Shown one piece after another: positions 62,793 through 64,000 of a stretch of 64,000 bases of DNA (within the stretch, counting starts at the first letter, position 1; each line of letters begins with the position of its first letter). The notes under the pieces are model-generated. The model did no database searches. It was not told the origin of the DNA and worked only from the letters and a program-made list of their open reading frames with translations. Source of the DNA: Basidiobolus meristosporus CBS 931.73. Its lineage: Eukaryota; Fungi; Basidiobolomycota. The translations under genes and the position numbers were made by a program. The stretch lies in the NCBI GenBank assembly GCA_002104905.1, contig MCFE01000011.1:1-64000 (forward strand), read 5' to 3'.

Positions 62793-63694
62793 ATGACTTC
62801 TTCCCGTGATGAATATTTGGATACTTTAAAGCGTCTTTATTATACAGCCATGACTACCAAGAGTCTAGCTCTTGAGGGTGACGGTGAAACTACATACACG
62901 GAGACCAAGAGTTGTTTCGGTGGAAATCAACCGTTCCTTTTACGAAACGAAGATTGGCCTGTTTGTGGTCAGTGTGAAGCGCCAAGTAAGAACCAAAACC
63001 AGCGTAGATGCGATACACGACATATAGGCTAAACCTTATGTCTAGTGACTTTTTTCTTTCAAATTGATCTTGAGAAAGTCTCAAAAGAGCCCGAATTTAA
63101 AACAGCCACTGGTGGCGTCGGACTACTGCAACTTTTTGTATGCACTTCCGAGGATGGCTGCGAGTAGGTCTATGTTTGATAGGTGTGGGGGTTATGTATG
63201 CTCACCAAGACTTTTAACCTAGGACTTTTGAAGCATACAATGACGCTTCATTGGTGCGAATCCTCGCGCCTGAGCAGCTTGCTGCCTCAAAAGATTCCAC
63301 GAAGCTTCGAAAGTTTGAGCCTGAAGAAAGTAGTGAACAGTTTCCTCAGCATGACATTCAATATTGGTCCAAAGGGGGTGAAGACCTTCCTGCTCTAGAA
63401 GAGCTCACCAAAATATTGGAAGAGGCCAGCCTACCAATGATTGAATATGATGAAAACGAAGCAGATCCAGAGTTAGCCATGAGGGGAATCAAGTTGCTTG
63501 GTTGGCCGAATTGGGTACAATCTCCCGAGTACCAAGAGTGCCGCAAGTCGGGCTGTACTCAAATCATGAAGCTTTTAATGCAGGTCGAGGAGTCTGATGA
63601 TTTACCATTTATGTGGGGCGATGCTGGTACTGCCTATCTACAACAGTGTCCAGAGCATAAAGATAGCCTGGCATTTGTATGGCAATGCTGCTAA
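62793..63694 (+). CDS. DUF1963 / YwqG-family protein, 260 aa, 3 exons
   Basis: Exons 62793-62985, 63046-63163, 63223-63694 (783 nt). KSCFGGNQPF...EDWPVCGQCEAPMTFFFQIDL...LLQLFVC and KLLGWPNWVQSPEYQEC...MKLLMQVE...LPFMWGDAGTAYLQQCPEHKDSLAFVWQCC*. Confidence 0.8.
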
Positions 63695-63854
63695 TTTTCC
63701 TACTGCTACTACCACTGATATAAAGCTAAACCATTTGCGTCAGTGTACCAATGCGCCTATTTATTTCTCCACGAATTTTGAGAAGTTGGCCTTTGTGATA
63801 CAATCTAGTACAAGAGGTCCGATGTTACTGAGGCTAGTTTTTTGGAGATGGGTT

Positions 63855-64000
63855 TTATGGGTATAATACAAGTGAAGTTTTTGAGGAGTTTAGCGTTTTA
63901 GCAAGAATCTCCAACCTAGCATGGCGGCTTTCCTGGCTAAACCTGGGGTCATCATAGCCACCAAAGGAATACGCAAAGGTACCAAAAGCTTGTGTATCCC
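63855..64000 (-). CDS. Possible 3' end of an unidentified gene entering from beyond the window
   Basis: Open minus frame DTQAFGTFAYSFGGYDDPRFSQESRHARLEILAKTLNSSKTSLVLYP* ending at 63855; no recognisable motif. Confidence 0.3.
   Translation of the reverse strand, partial: DTQAFGTFAYSFGGYDDPRFSQESRHARLEILAKTLNSSKTSLVLYP

Noticed and set aside
1-64000. CRISPR arrays, rRNA or tRNA genes
   Set aside because: No regularly spaced direct repeats, rRNA-like sequence or cloverleaf noticed; small ncRNAs cannot be excluded without covariance-model searches.

Overview
Intron-containing fungal genomic DNA with short (about 50-80 nt) GT-AG introns. Gene content (calmodulin, bacterial-type EF-P, MIF, DUF262, DUF1963) suggests an early-diverging lineage such as Zoopagomycota (e.g. 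Basidiobolus) or Mucoromycota; this is inference only. The dominant feature is one 21-kb, 9-exon NRPS gene (8123-29089, about 6,834 aa), which the ORF track splits into pieces. Its architecture is partial C-(A-T-C)x6, ending in a divergent C domain with no thioesterase. Its motifs match the ferrichrome-type siderophore synthetase family, and its promoter region carries five ATCWGATAA iron-GATA boxes. Characterised ferrichrome synthetases have only 3-4 A domains, whereas all six modules here look complete. The A-domain pockets split 3+3, and a phase-0 intron sits at the same position in all seven C or partial-C units. It therefore resembles the hypothesised hexamodular, colinear ancestor of the family. 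The second notable structure is a 4.45-kb segment (38512-42966) bounded by 650-720 bp inverted repeats, whose outer 318 bp are essentially identical, enclosing a MAPK phosphatase gene. Other genes: ABC-F ATPase (partial), fasciclin protein, MIF tautomerase, organellar EF-P, calmodulin, F-box/ankyrin protein, DUF262 protein, GIT1-like MFS permease, Pho80/Pcl-type cyclin and a DUF1963/YwqG protein. There is also a degenerate dispersed repeat family and several possible decayed coding relics. All splice models and alignments were made by hand.
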